A stretch of 64,000 nt of DNA, taken from Rhynchobatus australiae. Taxonomy: Eukaryota. How positions within the stretch are numbered: the stretch's first letter is position 1; every line of letters starts with the position of its first letter. The notes beneath the pieces were generated by a model. That model saw nothing but the letters and a program-made list of their open reading frames with translations. It ran no database searches and was not told where the DNA came from. The stretch is from NCBI GenBank assembly GCA_034780895.1, contig JAUZTB010000062.1:16992978-17056977 (forward strand), read 5' to 3'. Positions 1 to 11,452 of this stretch are shown here, piece after piece. The position numbers were made by a program, and so were the translations under genes.

Positions 1-974
1 TTACTGCAGGAGCAGGAGGAACATACGTATTTCCGGAGATGGGGTGGGGGCAGAAGATTTTGAGCTCACATTAAAGGAATGGTTGGATATGACTGAGGAA
101 ACGATCACTTGTGGCAATACCCAGGTCATACATCCAATGTCGGGTTGGGTGTTGATTGGGTGAGTACCTCATCTTCATCCAATGACCTAAGCAGATCAGG
201 GAAGTGAGTATGTTCACTGATTCACCTCTGGTTTATTTTCCTCTGCACTTATAGTCTGTCTTGCCAAGATTACTCCACCATGCCACTCCCTTCATCCACT
301 CAACTTTCATCAGTATCCAATTTTCACTTTCTGCTTGCTTTGTATCCATTCACCATGGATGGCTTAGTAACACTGTAAGCTTAGACAGTGTCAAGCAGCA
401 GGATCACCCTTACTGAATGTGTTGATTGGGCAAGTGCCTCATCTTCACTCACCACTCTGTTTGTAAGAGAAGAGAGAACAAAATGCGAGAGAGTAAACTC
501 AATTGTCTCCATCAGCTGCACTGCTGATAAGTGACAAATCTATGCCCCACTCATTTGGAAATGGAGTATGAAATAACTGCTGCCAGAAGTACAAAAGTCT
601 GACACATGAACTGACTTAATTTTATCTATGATTGAACTAAGAGAATGCTGGGCACAGTGACTGTCATGATTCAGAATATACCACCACTAAATCATCTCCT
701 ACTGGTCTTCTGGGCCTTCACGCACACAGACATCAAGTGTTGTGGGAGTTGTGGAAGATGTACTTCATTCCTATAGGAGATACCTCATCACAGCTAATAC
801 AGCAGCACAAACAAGCACTTCAGTGCTCTATTTTGACCATTAGTTGTGTTTTCACCTGCTGAACTCAAAAATGTGTGATCAGTCTCTGGTGGAAAATTGA
901 CATTGTGGGTACCATTCTCACTGAGCTCTTCTGACTTGGGCACATGTTAAATTTTGGGGAACAAAAATCCTCAG

Positions 975-2037
975 GTTCATCAGCCACAGTTCAGGTATTG
1001 ACCGGTGTCCCAGACTTTCCACAATGGCAGAGAGAATGAAGCTTAATCCCTTGTGGACCGGGAGAATAGGGAGCTGAATACCTGTGATGGAGTGAGGGGC
1101 TACCTCTGAAGACCTTCTAGCATGGCTCTCAAATGAGTTTAAACAGAGTATTCAGGAGCTGGCTTGGCTGGCACCTTCTCAAAGTGACTCATGCTATTTC
1201 TCTTGACTTACAATATATTTACAATCCCTATCTGGTTTATACCTGGCAGTGCTTTTCAGAAAAGAGAGGAAATAGGGACTTGGAAGTGAAAAATCACTGA
1301 CCTGTTGAGTCCCTTTAACCCAAGCCCATCTCCCACAGCCAATAGCAACAAAAACAACATTTTGTGTTCCCTTACTGCACTGGAGCTGGGAAGCTGGGAG
1401 AGCAGTTTTGTGTAGGACACTCAATGGCTTAAAAGCTGAGTTCATTCAGAAACACCTCCAGTCCAGAATCTGTGCAGCCTGGATTCACTTTTACAGAAGC
1501 CACAAGCATATCATCATGAAGGAGAAATAAAGTATGCAAAAGCATAATGAGAGTTTCCCAAATGAGTGCACAAGGGTGCTGTACAAAATGATGCACAATT
1601 AATTTTCCTTTTTACAACTAACATCAGTTCTCTATCTTGCCCATCACTGTGTCCCTGGAGACAACTTGCCCTTTCATTCATTTCATGATGAATGTCAGCA
1701 CTTGATGGGCCTGATTGGACAGGGGTGGGGTGTGATCGAAAGACTGTTTAATAGCTTGGCAGAAATGCATGGATCTTTTCTCTGTTCTTTTGAAATCTCA
1801 TGCAACAATGCAGCACAGCACCCTTGTTGACCAGTGCTGAAGGACACATCCAGAAGGTCAAGTCTCACATTGTACTTGCTCCCTCCTGCTTCCTGGTGAG
1901 ATTTCTCAAAGATGCCATGAGCCATGTTTAAAGGAGGGATTCCTTGTCACTTAAGTGTTCACCTTTGAGCCTGCTTCTTGGAATAAAAGGACCTGGAATG
2001 TTAGATGGCTGCAATAAGAATGTAGGGAATCCAGCAC
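975..2037 (+). repeat. Copy 1 of a diverged ~1.07 kb direct duplication (partner 3270-4335)
   Basis: Both copies begin gttcatcagccacagttcaggtattgac and stay colinear to gtagggaatccagcac, with scattered substitutions and independent indels. Confidence 0.95.
1115..1490 (-). pseudogene. Fossil Myb/SANT-like DNA-binding ORF of a PIF/Harbinger transposon (copy 1)
   Basis: Minus-strand pieces in order, across frameshifts and stops: NPGCTDSGLEVFLNEL (like PRFSDxxLEVLLxEV), RWAWVKGTQQVSDF (like RTWxQCRKKVNDL), EK*HESL*E...ILCLNSFESHA (like EKxAHNxRE...LTxFEExA). Lies next to a Harbinger transposase fossil. Confidence 0.45.
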
Positions 2038-2775
2038 NNNNNNNNNNNNNNNNNNNNNNNNNNNNNNNNNNNNNNNNNNNNNNNNNNNNNNNNNNNNNNN
2101 NNNNNNNNNNNNNNNNNNNNNNNNNNNNNNNNNNNNNCCTTGCACCTTATTGTCTACCTGCACTGCACTTCCTCTGTAGCTGTGACACTTTACACTGTAC
2201 TGTTATTGTTTTTAGCTGTACTACCTCAATGAACTCTGTACTAACTCAATGTAACTGCACTGTGTTATGAATTGACCTGTACGATCGGTATGCAAGACAA
2301 GTTTTTCACTGTGTACAAGTGACAATAATAAACCAATACCAATAATCCAGCAAATTTACAGTGCGGTGCACCAAATATTCATGGGTTTAACTAAAATTAA
2401 TCGTTTTACCCTGGGAAACATGAGTAAATAGGTCCAAAAGATGTGTTGGGGCATTTACTTTGGAAACTGATGGAACATATCTGGGAATCTGCCCAGGACA
2501 CATTGTGTAAGTGGAACTGCCACAGACACCACAGTGGCTGAATGAGGAAGCTGGTGGTACCCCAGTGAAGACATCAGGCAGGGGCCTCTTGAGCTAGCCA
2601 TGAGCCTTAAGTAACTCTCCATGCTTGGGCCCATGAGAAGAGAGGTGGAGAGAATATTTTGTCAATTTCTATTTCCCTTTCTTTGCCTCTGCTCACACTT
2701 GAAAATTTCCAACACCTGTCCACCTGCTGAGGATCTAAGTAATTCCCCTGTCCCGTAAACAGTGAATAGACTTCT
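1797..2775 (-). pseudogene. Fossil PIF/Harbinger (HARBI1-like) DDE transposase, interrupted by a LINE 3' end and a gap
   Basis: Minus-strand fragments in expected order: GNYLD...C...SR..EI..IFSPPL; GYHQLP...VSVA....GRF; INF...R..(F)AGF; AGFP TFLLQPSNIPGPF; LKGEHLSDKESLL*TWLMASLRNLTRKQE (like GWLLGDKGYPLxTWLMTPLRNP); KYN..LD...LQHWSTRV.CC.LH (like LDRSGGALQYSPxRV..CCxLHN). Many stops and frameshifts. Confidence 0.75.
2138..2343 (+). mobile_element. 3' end of Rex1/Babar-like LINE (same family as 5562-6341)
   Basis: Near-identical to 6124-6341; ends tttttcactg..tacaagtgacaataataaaccaataccaat. Confidence 0.85.
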
Positions 2776-3269
2776 CCCAACCTGCACCAACCACTCCAAC
2801 CGCTGCACCAAGCTCTGCACTGACTGCCCAAGGTTTCATTCCTCATGGGGACACCACACAGGATCACTGCTGTTATTCTCTACTGCCACATACAGAGACG
2901 AGGAACAACTATCAGTTAGTTGCTGACAGATGGAAGATGAATGAATTGGACAGATTCCAACCAGCACTGACAACTCAACACTGCAAGCTGACAGTTGGCT
3001 GGTGCAGTTAGGTGTGGCTTGTGTTTGTTGCAATGGGTTGTAAAATTTTATAAGAGAATGGTTGTATTTTAGTTAATTAGCTTCCTGCACTAAAAGCTAG
3101 CCTCTGCATTAAAGAATCTCCTCCCTACACATTCCTTGCTGTCCTGTCAGAGACTCTGGGCTGAATGGTGGTACCTCAGGGTCACCTCTGCCACTAGGTC
3201 TGTGGAGAGTTTGTAGGGAGGGATTTTTAAAAATGTAAACCAAATCCATTGGAAGAGATCTTTTCTCAT

Positions 3270-4335
3270 GTTCATCAGCCACAGTTCAGGTATTGACAGG
3301 TGTCCCAGACTTTCCACAATGGCAGAGGGAATGAAGGAGTCCAGCTTAATCCTGGGAGAATAGGGAGCTGAATACCTGGGATAGAGTGTAGCGCTACCCC
3401 TGAAGACCTTCGAGCACAGCTCTCAAATGAGTTTAAACAGAGTATGCAGGAGATGGCTTGGCTGGTGCCTTCTCAAAATGACCCATGCTAATTCTCTCGA
3501 CTTACAACATATTTACAATCCCTAACTGGTTAATACCTGGCAGCACATTTCAGAAAAGAGAGGAAGTAAGGACTTGGAAGTGAAAAATCACCAGCCTGTT
3601 GAGTCCCTTTAACCCCAAGCCCATCTCCCACAGCCAATAGCAACAAAAACAGCATTTCCTTACTGCACTGAAACTGGGAGAGCAGTTTTGTGCAGGACAC
3701 TCAATGGCTTAAAAACTGAGTTCATTCAGAAAGACCTCCAGCCCAGAATCTGTGCAGCCTGGGTTCACTTTTACAGAAGTCACATGCTTATCATCATGAA
3801 GGAGGAATAAAGTCTGTGAAATCACCATGAGAATTTAACGAATGAGTGCACAAGGGGGTTGTACAAAATGATGCACAGCTAATTTTCCTTTTTCCAATTA
3901 ACATCAGTTCCCTGTCTTGCCCATCTTTGTGTCCCTGGAGACAACTTGCCCCTTCGTTCATTTCTTGATGAATGTTAGCGCTCGATGGGCCCGATTGGAC
4001 AGGGGTGTGATCGAAAGACTGCTTATGGCTCGGCAGAAATGCATGGACCTTTCTTCTCTTCTTTTGTCAGCCATCACCTGCAAGTGTTTCTGAAGTGAAA
4101 CCTCATGCAACAATGCAGCACAGCACCCTTGCTGACCAGTACTGAAGGACACATCTCACATTGTACTACTCTTGTGCTCCCTCCTGCTTCCTGGTCAGGT
4201 TTCTCAAAGATGCCATGAGCCAAGTTTGAAGGAAGGATTCCTTGTCACTTTAGTGTTTACCTTTGAGCCTGCTTCTTGGAATAAAAGGACCTGGAATGTT
4301 AGATGGCTGCAATAAGAATGTAGGGAATCCAGCAC
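3270..4335 (+). repeat. Copy 2 of the ~1.07 kb direct duplication
   Basis: Colinear with 975-2037. Confidence 0.95.
3410..3770 (-). pseudogene. Fossil Myb/SANT-like ORF (copy 2)
   Basis: Paralogous to 1115-1490; reads VNPGCTDSGLEVFLNELSF*. Confidence 0.45.
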
Positions 4336-4342
4336 ACATCTG
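4102..4342 (-). pseudogene. Fossil Harbinger transposase, C-terminal part (copy 2)
   Basis: QMCAGFPTFLLQPSNIPGPFIPRSRLKGKH*SDKESFLQTWLMASLRNLTRKQEG, then LQYWSARV..CC.LH. Confidence 0.75.
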
Positions 4343-4569
4343 TCTGAAGCAGTACAATGAGAGCACCTTCTGCAACCTTGTCCCATCACCCCTCCACCTT
4401 CCTCCTGAGCACCTTCCTCCTGCACACACATCAATCCCACCATCAAAACAGATGAGGATTTATACACTCCCAAACATCTAATGCACCCCCCATGCAGCTT
4501 TTGTCAGTTTGAAAGCCTCCAAGGTTTAGAAAAGAACTTTCTGTGAAATATTTCTCACAGGCAACTGAG

Positions 4570-5000
4570 ATAGCAGTTGTAATAAATCATCTTATAGACA
4601 GATCCCAAGTTTAAATTCCCTCCTAAATCTTAACCCCATCTCTGTCTTATGCATCGGTTAGTTCGTGACCCATGGCAGAGATGGATTCATTTGGTTAATT
4701 CTCATGGTGCAAATGTGTCTTTTATTTCTCNNNNNNNNNNNNNNNNNNNNNNNNNNNNNNNNNNNNNNNNNNNNNNNNNNNNNNNNNNNNNNNNNNNNNN
4801 NNNNNNNNNNNNNNNNNNNNNNNNNNNNNNATAGCAGTTGTAATAAGTCATCTTATCTACAGATCCCAAGTTTAAATTCCCTCCTAAATCTTAACTCCAT
4901 CTCTGTCTTATGCATTGGTTAGTTCCTGACCCCCAGGAAACCCATGGCAGAGATGGATTCATTTGGTTAATTCTCATGGTGCAAATGTGTCTTTTACTTC
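4570..5000. other. Assembly overlap artefact: ~160 bp duplicated across a 100-N gap (4731-4830)
   Basis: 4570-4730 repeats after the gap with a few SNPs and a 10-bp indel, consistent with two alleles or an unmerged contig overlap. Confidence 0.75.
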
Positions 5001-5561
5001 TCCTAATTTAAAGGCATATCAAATTCTATTCAGAAAGACCCTGTTATCATCACCCAAGGATGGTAATTGCTGTGACTAAAATCCTGTCTGTCTGAAAGAA
5101 GGCCCCAATTTGTGGGAGGAATTTACAGGCAGGAACCTACACACACCTCTGTTAAACCCAGAACTGAGGTTGAATTGTGGACTTATTCTAAGATTAACTA
5201 TTTCTACCCAGACCCCCACCCGAACTCCTCCATTCTTGGGTTTTGAAGGTCCTCCTGCTGGGTCTGATGTAAAATGGTTGGGCATATTTTGGACTATTTG
5301 TTGGTGAACATGTCCTCAGAGTAATGCACCATCAATTGGGGTTACATTTATCATCCAACAGCGAATAGAAATATCCAGAAAAAAACAGTAGGTAACGGTC
5401 TGAAACTTTTGGCAAAAATTGAGGATACTTTATTCAACATCTAGTCATAATGACACAGACCTAGACTCTGACACAGGCCACCAGAAATAAAATGTTTTGC
5501 ATTCATTACTATTAATATTCCTTGCCTTGGTAATCAATTTCATAAATATTTACATTTAAAA

Positions 5562-6341
5562 GTGCAGGACGGTGTACATGCACCTATCTACATCAACAGT
5601 GCTGAGGTAGAGAGGGTTAAGAGCTTGAAGTTCCTGGCAGTGAACATCACCAATAGCCTGTCCTGGTCAAATCATATAGATGCCATGTCCAAGAAAGCTC
5701 ACCAGCACCTCTACTTCCTCAGAAGGCTAAAGAAATTTGGAATATCCCTTTTGACACTCACCAACTTTTATTGAGTCTCCTATCTGGATGCATCACGGTT
5801 TGGTACGGCAACTGCTCTGCCCAGAACTTCAAGAAACTGCAGAGAGTCATAGATATAGCTGAGCACATCACAGAAACCAGCCTCCCCTCCATGGACTCTG
5901 TCTTTACCTCTCGCTGCCTTGGTGAAGCAACTAGCAGAATCAAAGACTCCACTCACCCGGGTCATTCTCTCTTCTCTCCTCTTCCATTAGGCAAGATACA
6001 GGAGTCTGAGGGTACATACCACCAGGCTCAAGGACAGCTTCTGCCCCACTGTGATAAGACTATTGGACGGTTCCCTTATACGATGAGATGGACTCCTGAC
6101 CTCACAATCTACCTTGTTGTGACCTTGCATCTTATTGTCTATCTGTACTACACTTCCTCTGTAGCGGCAACACTTTACTCTGTACTGTTATTGTTTTTAC
6201 CTGTACTACCTCAATGCACTCTGTACTAACTACATCAATGTAACTGCACTGTGTAATGAACTGATCTGTACACTTGGTATGCAAGGCAAGTTTTTCACTG
6301 TCCCTCGGTACAAGTGACAATACTAAACCAATACCAATACC
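5562..6341 (+). mobile_element. 5'-truncated Rex1/Babar-like LINE (C-terminal part of RT ORF plus 3' UTR)
   Basis: HAPIYINSAEVERVKSLKFLAVNITNSLSWSNHID..KKAHQHLYFLRRLKKFG, frameshift, then SGCITVWYGNCSAQ..KKLQRV...IKDSTHPGHSLFSPLP; tail (accaat)n. Confidence 0.85.
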
Positions 6342-6668
6342 CTTGTCATTTATTGCCATCAATAAAAAGTTGAAGAAACAGTTGCAAGGGTAGATTAATT
6401 TGATAACTGTTTGAGCTGTTCAGGTGAGGGATGTGACAACTGAGAACTTCTGGATGGTGTGCAGCAGAGGAGAGCTCTTTCTCCTGAGCCAACAAAAAGT
6501 TTGACCCAACCCTCAGAATTTCACCCAGATCCACCAGTGATTTGCAAGTCGTCATTCTGGGAGAGATTCCCCTTTGTATCTAAGGGCTGCAATTAATAGC
6601 AATTCAATTGAGAGAGCACAAGTTCAATTCATAAGGAATCTTCACAACTACCTGAGATGAGCTCTTAT

Positions 6669-6876
6669 TGTCATGGTTCTGAGTTCTGGCCCTCAATTTN
6701 NNNNNNNNNNNNNNNNNNNNNNNNNNNNNNNNNNNNNNNNNNNNNNNNNNNNNNNNNNNNNNNNNNNNNNNNNNNNNNNNNNNNNNNNNNNNNNNNNNNT
6801 GTCCTGACTCCAGTCTCGTATCAGTGTGTTGCATTTGGGTTCTCTGCGAGCTTGCTCTTTGATCAACATTGTGACA
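6669..6876. mobile_element. Solo LTR (Ty3/Gypsy-like), centre in a gap
   Basis: TGTCA...TGACA inverted termini flanked by 5-bp direct repeat CTTAT (6664-6668, 6877-6881). Confidence 0.7.
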
Positions 6877-7309
6877 CTTATTACATTATTATCAGCTAGA
6901 CACAAACTGAGAATTGAAAAGGTGACTAAGTAATGTACTAACACAGTCAGCTAACTATCCCCTCTACATGATCACTTTTATTGTTCATATATTACACAAT
7001 ATTATATTTTTCTGTGTCTCCCCATGGATAAATTCTAACAAGAGTGGTTACCAAACTGTACAACTTGAGAGTAAGCACCTGCTCTCTGTCATTATTCATC
7101 ACAATGTGTTGACTGAAAAAAATACTTTAAGATGTCTGGCTAGGATTAGGAAATTACTGTGTGCCTCTGCATGATTAAACCATATGGTGAAATTCCTGTT
7201 AGCTGATTTTATTGCAACATTGAGTTTGAGTACAGTAAAACTCTGATAATCCACCATCCAATTGTTCAGAAATCCATATGGTTCAGCATCTGGTTTACTG
7301 GGTGATATT

Positions 7310-7838
7310 TCTGGTGCTCCCTTTAAAACTGAATTGGACCCCTTCCTAGTCTCCTCAAAAGTTCATTGGGGCCATGTTTCCAACGCACATTATAAACTCA
7401 CTGAGGCATCATTCCCACATGCCTTTCAAGCTCACCAGGACCCCAATAACACTCTCTTTAGAAACTCACTCCAGTCCCATTCAAATGCTCTTTTTTTACT
7501 CATTGGGGTCCCATTCTCACACTCCTTTTAAACTCAGTGGGGGCCAGTTCCCATGCTCCTTATAAATCACGGGGTGCCTTTCCCAGACTCTACAAATTCA
7601 GGAGGGCCCCATTCCCATGATCCTTATGAACTCACAGGGCACTGTTCCCATGTTCCTTTTAAGCTCATTGGGAAATCATGTCCACACTCTTTCTAAACTC
7701 ACTGGGCACCCACTCCCACATTCCCTCTAGTATCACCAGGGCCTGTACCCATGCTCCTTATAATCACCAGTGCCCTGTTTCCATACTCTTTTTAAACTCA
7801 CTTGGTTTTGTTTCCTGTGTTCTCTTTAAACTCATTTG
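7310..7838 (+). repeat. Degenerate ~33-bp minisatellite, about 16 units
   Basis: Recurring unit like ccattcccatgctcctttaaactcactgggg; (a)ctca core near 7396, 7430, 7464, 7498, 7532, 7630, 7663, 7697, 7796, 7830. Confidence 0.8.
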
Positions 7839-7840
7839 GT

Positions 7841-7940
7841 TTAGAACATAGAACAGTGCAGCACAGGAACAGGCCCTTCGCCCCACAATGTTGTGCCAAA
7901 CCAATTACAACAGTAATAAAATGCCCAACTAAACTAATCC
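7841..7940 (-). mobile_element. CR1/HER1-like LINE 3' tail
   Basis: tagaacatagaacagtgcagcacaggaacaggcccttcg is the reverse complement of a CR1 tail (cgaagggcctgttcctgtgctg...tgttctatgttcta). Confidence 0.75.
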
Positions 7941-8097
7941 AACTGAAAAATTTATCATATTACTGTGTAATAAAAAAAAGTGAATTAAAAGTGGGTTGGG
8001 CTATTAATAGCAGCAATATTCAATAGTTTGGAAAATCCACTCATCCAGCACCACCAAAGTCCAAGAGTGCTGACATATTCAAGCTTTAAACAGAAGT

Positions 8098-8291
8098 AAC
8101 ACACAAAGTGCTGGAGAAACTCAGCAGGTCAGGTAGCACCTATGGAGGGAAATGGACANNNNNNNNNNNNNNNNNNNNNNNNNNNNNNNGTCAGCTGTTC
8201 ATTTCCTCTCCACAGATGCTGCCTGGCCCGCTGAGTTCCTCCAGTGCTTTGTACGTTGCTCCAAATTCCAGCATCTGCAGTCTCTTGTGTC
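8098..8291. mobile_element. Palindromic Penelope-derived non-autonomous element
   Basis: Arm gctggagaaactcagcaggtcaggtagcacctatggagggaaatggaca is mirrored by tgttcatttcctctccacagatgctgcctggcccgctgagttcctccagt; centre in a short gap. Confidence 0.7.
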
Positions 8292-10399
8292 TTTCTTTAA
8301 ACAAAAGAGTTTTCCTGGAATCTTATTTGCCATCATCTTTTCAGTAAAATTATTGATGAATAAAATTTTACCCCTTTGTTGTGTTTTGAGTGATTAAGGC
8401 TTTAACTTGTTTTAGCAGGTAATGTTTACTATTGAATCAATTCATAACTGCCTTTTCAGTTCTTCACTATTTGTAAAATATTGTTTAATGGTAGTTACTG
8501 CATAGAACAGTTCATAGTTTATTCTGCTCTGGTTACCTTACTGTTAACAACAGAAGAACTTTGGGATGGCCATATTTTAAACTCCCCAGAATACAGACCA
8601 AGAGGCCTTTGTCAAGGAAATTTATTGTGTACAGTTCTGGAGGTTATATACTTGGACTGGGTCATGTAAGCCGTCTGCCCAGACTTGGTGCATATTGTGC
8701 CTGTTCACCTGGCCTTACTCTCTCCAGATGTGGCAGGGCCTGACAAGCTGACCCTCTGCACCAATCGGTGGACGAGGTTCCATGCTGTGAGTAGGCCTCA
8801 GGTGTTGTATCCTGAGGCCCTGCCTCTGGAAATGCTGGCAGGCTTTAACCTTTGAAATGTCCTTTGATGTCTCCAATAGAAGTACTTAAAAGCAACTAAA
8901 AGAGAATTAAAATTAAAATCACTGAAAAAAAATAAATTTAATTAAAAGCACTGTAAGATACCAACAAGTATTTCAACACATTATCATAAAGTGAATTTTT
9001 CCAGAGTCATAGACTACAGTCAAAGAGTGAGGTCTCCATTTGTAAGCCCACCCCCCTTGGCGGAAAGTCCAGGGGCCGGATCCAAAATGGGTCCAGCCCC
9101 TTTTTTAGTGCAGGAACTCTGCGCTCAATGGTGAGTGCAGCAGTGGGGCAAGTGGTCAAAAACACCAGCANNNNNNNNNNNNNNNNNNNNNNNNNNNNNN
9201 NNNNNNNNNNNNNNNNNNNNNNNNNNNNNNNNNNNNNNNNNNNNNNNNNNNNNNNNNNNNNNNNNNNNNNCAGTGGGGCAAGTGGTCAAAAACACCAGCA
9301 TCTGACCTGCAGCTCATCTCAGAGTTCCACCTTTGGCTAGGTCTGCGCTGAAATCCAAGATGACCCGAACCACGAATGGCACACAGCCAAGGGTTCCCTT
9401 TGGAACTGCCTGTTGTCAGTCAGCTTGATTTGGTCCAAATCAGTTATCTGAAAAGGCTAATGAGGAATGAGATTTCACTCTGGTCCTTTAAGAGTTAATA
9501 TGATAAAACTAATCAGAATTCATACTGCTCAACAATAAATGCAGAGCTAAGACTTGCACCACTCAGCTCTCAGGCACTAAAACAGATCAGACAGATGTAT
9601 TAAAATGCAAATTTCAGGCTTTCTCTCTATTATATCTGCTGACTACTTATACAATTTACTGGTTATTGTAAAGAAATTAGCATAATGGGCCTCATGGGGA
9701 ACAGCCACAAATGCCAAGAAATATTACTCAAAATGGCATTTCATGACAATTATCTAACCGTTTTAATTCAGTAACAAAACATCTGATGGTTGAACCATTT
9801 AAGTGGGATCTGGTGTTATCACCGTTAAAACAAAATGTTAATAGTCACAGAATTGAGTAGTGTTCTGTCACCTCCGGAGATTCTGTAGATAATTGTGAAG
9901 ATAAATTGAGGTTAAACAGTTGAATAACCCTTGGGGTCCTACAAGAAGACATGTGCAATTCTGTATGGCACTGGCAGCTGTAAAACCTACTGTAGCAGGA
10001 GAAGAGGGGATTATGCAACAGCACTGGCACAACAAATTGGTAGGGTGCCAATTTTTGCCTTCCATGCAAAGATATGGGGAACAGTTGCAGTTATTGATGT
10101 ATTAATTTAGTTCAAACCTTCTACGCCAAAACAAAAGACAGGATTAAGATGCACCCAAGCCTTTTCCTCAGACATCAACTTTCAGTGCTGTTTGTTTGGA
10201 CTCACACATATTTGAAAGATCTGGTTCTGTTTTCAAACATTGGGTGCAAATTTGCTCATTGCTGATGGAAGAATGTAATTGCTGACTTGAGAAAATCTAA
10301 TCCTTTGCAGGTTTCAGACAGAGTAGTTAAATCTCATTGGCAGTGCTCAAAACACGCACCACCTATCTCTGAAGAGTGACAGGAAAACTTCAAATAGAA

Positions 10400-11452
10400 T
10401 CTGGGATGAACCACACTTGGAGCACTGTGCACATTTCTGATCTCCATGGTACTAAAAGAACATAGAAGTTATGAAGATAGTCTTGATTAAATTTCCAAGG
10501 ATGTTGTTGAAATTTTAGAGGTTGTAACTTGAGAAATATTGAATGAGCCTTGGCTGTATCCTCTGGAAAAGAAAATCAGGTGGAGCCCTGAAGTAGATAC
10601 TTTAAGATTAAAAAAGGATTTAATAAAATCGATATGGAGAAAATATGTCTACTTGTGTGGGACCTTGAAACAAGTAGGCACAAATGCCTATATAGGGTAT
10701 GAGACCAGTCAATCTAGTGATTCAGGGTGATTAGGATGTGAATGGAATAAAGTAAGGGGAGGTCTTTGTGCAAAGGTCATAGTAAGTTATCATACAGGTG
10801 CAGCAAGCCAGTTGGAAAGCAAATAGTATAATCTTCAACACAGAGGATTATAGTATGAAAATACAGATATTTAGGGATATTTACTGAGATGTGAGATCTT
10901 AGATTTACTCAGATATTTACTGAGACCACATGAGTACACTCTCCTTATCTAAGTAAGCCTTTTCTTTATCAGTTCTTGTACATGATTGATTCTTGAAGCT
11001 TCACTGGATTGGTTCCTAGGATGAGAGGACTGTCACTGGAAGAGAGATTGAGTAAAGTGTTCCAAAACTTTTGGAACACTGAATGACAACTTCATTGAAA
11101 TGTATGGATTCTCGAGGGAATTGACAGAGTGGATACTGAAAAGCTGTTCTTTCTTGTTGAAAAGTCTTGAATGAGAAGTCAGTCTCAAGAAAAAAGATTG
11201 ACTATTTAGTACTGAGATGAGGACTTTCTTTACTGAGAGAGTTGTGAATTTTTGAAATTCTCTACACAGAAAAGAAATGATGCTCAGCAGGTGCTGAAGT
11301 TGAGAAAATTCAAGACTGAGATCAGCAACTTTGGACAATAAAGAAGGCAAGAAACTCGAACTGATATGAAAGTAGAGCCATAATCTTTTTGAGTACTGGA
11401 GTGCATGTGAGAAACTTTATGACCTATTCCTGTTCCTACTTTTTTGTTCTTA
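10400..11452 (+). mobile_element. Old CR1-like LINE fragments (two adjacent pieces)
   Basis: ccacacttggagcactgtgcacatttctgatctcc (PHLEYCVQFWSP-like); ttctttactgagagagttgtgaat (FFTQRVV-like); tail gacctattcctgttcct. Confidence 0.7.

Larger units (their letters stand above)
7233..8090. mobile_element. Old Tc1/pogo (Tigger-like) non-autonomous TIR element
   Basis: Starts TA-CAGTAAAACTCTGATAATCC; subterminal motif gttcagaaatcc is echoed near 8025 (gtttggaaaatccactcatccagcacc); right TIR badly eroded. Confidence 0.45.

Noticed and set aside
149-447. 29-bp diverged direct repeat gtgttgattggg..agt.cctcatcttca at 149-177 and 419-447
   Set aside because: Only two copies and no array or termini; most likely internal to an old transposon
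1431-1490. All four differences between the duplicate copies here are synonymous in the Myb-like frame
   Set aside because: The window was chosen after the fact, neighbouring differences break the pattern, and both copies share an in-frame stop immediately after; not evidence of selection
5771-6229. 152-aa ORF as a host gene
   Set aside because: Frameshifted Rex1/Babar-like RT C-terminus running into its 3' UTR
7310-7838. CRISPR-like periodicity
   Set aside because: Units are contiguous and degenerate with no unique spacers, there are no cas genes, and the DNA is vertebrate-like
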